Below the pieces are notes generated by a model that saw only the letters and a program-made list of their open reading frames with translations, was not told the origin of the DNA and ran no database searches. From positions 30,752,001 to 30,816,000 of the forward strand of contig NC_043016.1 of NCBI RefSeq assembly GCF_006345805.1: a stretch of 64,000 nucleotides of DNA. The letters are read 5' to 3'. Each line of letters begins with the position of its first letter. Position 1 is the first letter of the stretch. Made by a program: the position numbers and the translations under genes. Below, piece after piece: positions 63,960-64,000 of this stretch. Source of the DNA: Octopus sinensis (lineage: Eukaryota).

Positions 63960-64000
63960 TTTAGAGTCTTCCCCTATCCAACCTCCTTTTATAGACAGTT

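Overview
AT-rich, microsatellite-laden, repeat-dense animal genomic DNA. The SINE/LINE families look like those of octopus (inference from recalled repeat sequences, not a database search). The window is the interior of one + strand gene, an FCHSD2/Nervous wreck-like F-BAR protein. Seven GT-AG coding exons (3836-3881, 41519-41604, 52239-52383, 53560-53696, 57481-57544, 58184-58312, 63705-63827) splice into 730 nt without a stop, and the start and end of the gene lie outside the window. The introns (the first complete one is 37.6 kb) hold tRNA-derived SINEs, RTE, CR1 and R4/Dong LINE fragments, non-autonomous Helitrons, hAT/Tc1-mariner/piggyBac MITEs, and fossil MULE and Chapaev-type transposases. 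The most striking signal is absent from the ORF track: about 12 type-I hammerhead-ribozyme (HHR) motifs from 5 sequence families. They include a perfect 152-bp palindrome carrying a near-canonical hammerhead on each strand and a Pol III tRNA-headed SINE whose tail is a minimal hammerhead. In host-transcript orientation every copy is either core-mutated or locked inside a foldback. Nearly all ORFs in the supplied track are microsatellite or repeat artefacts. Coordinates of degenerate repeats are approximate. No alignments, folding or searches were run.
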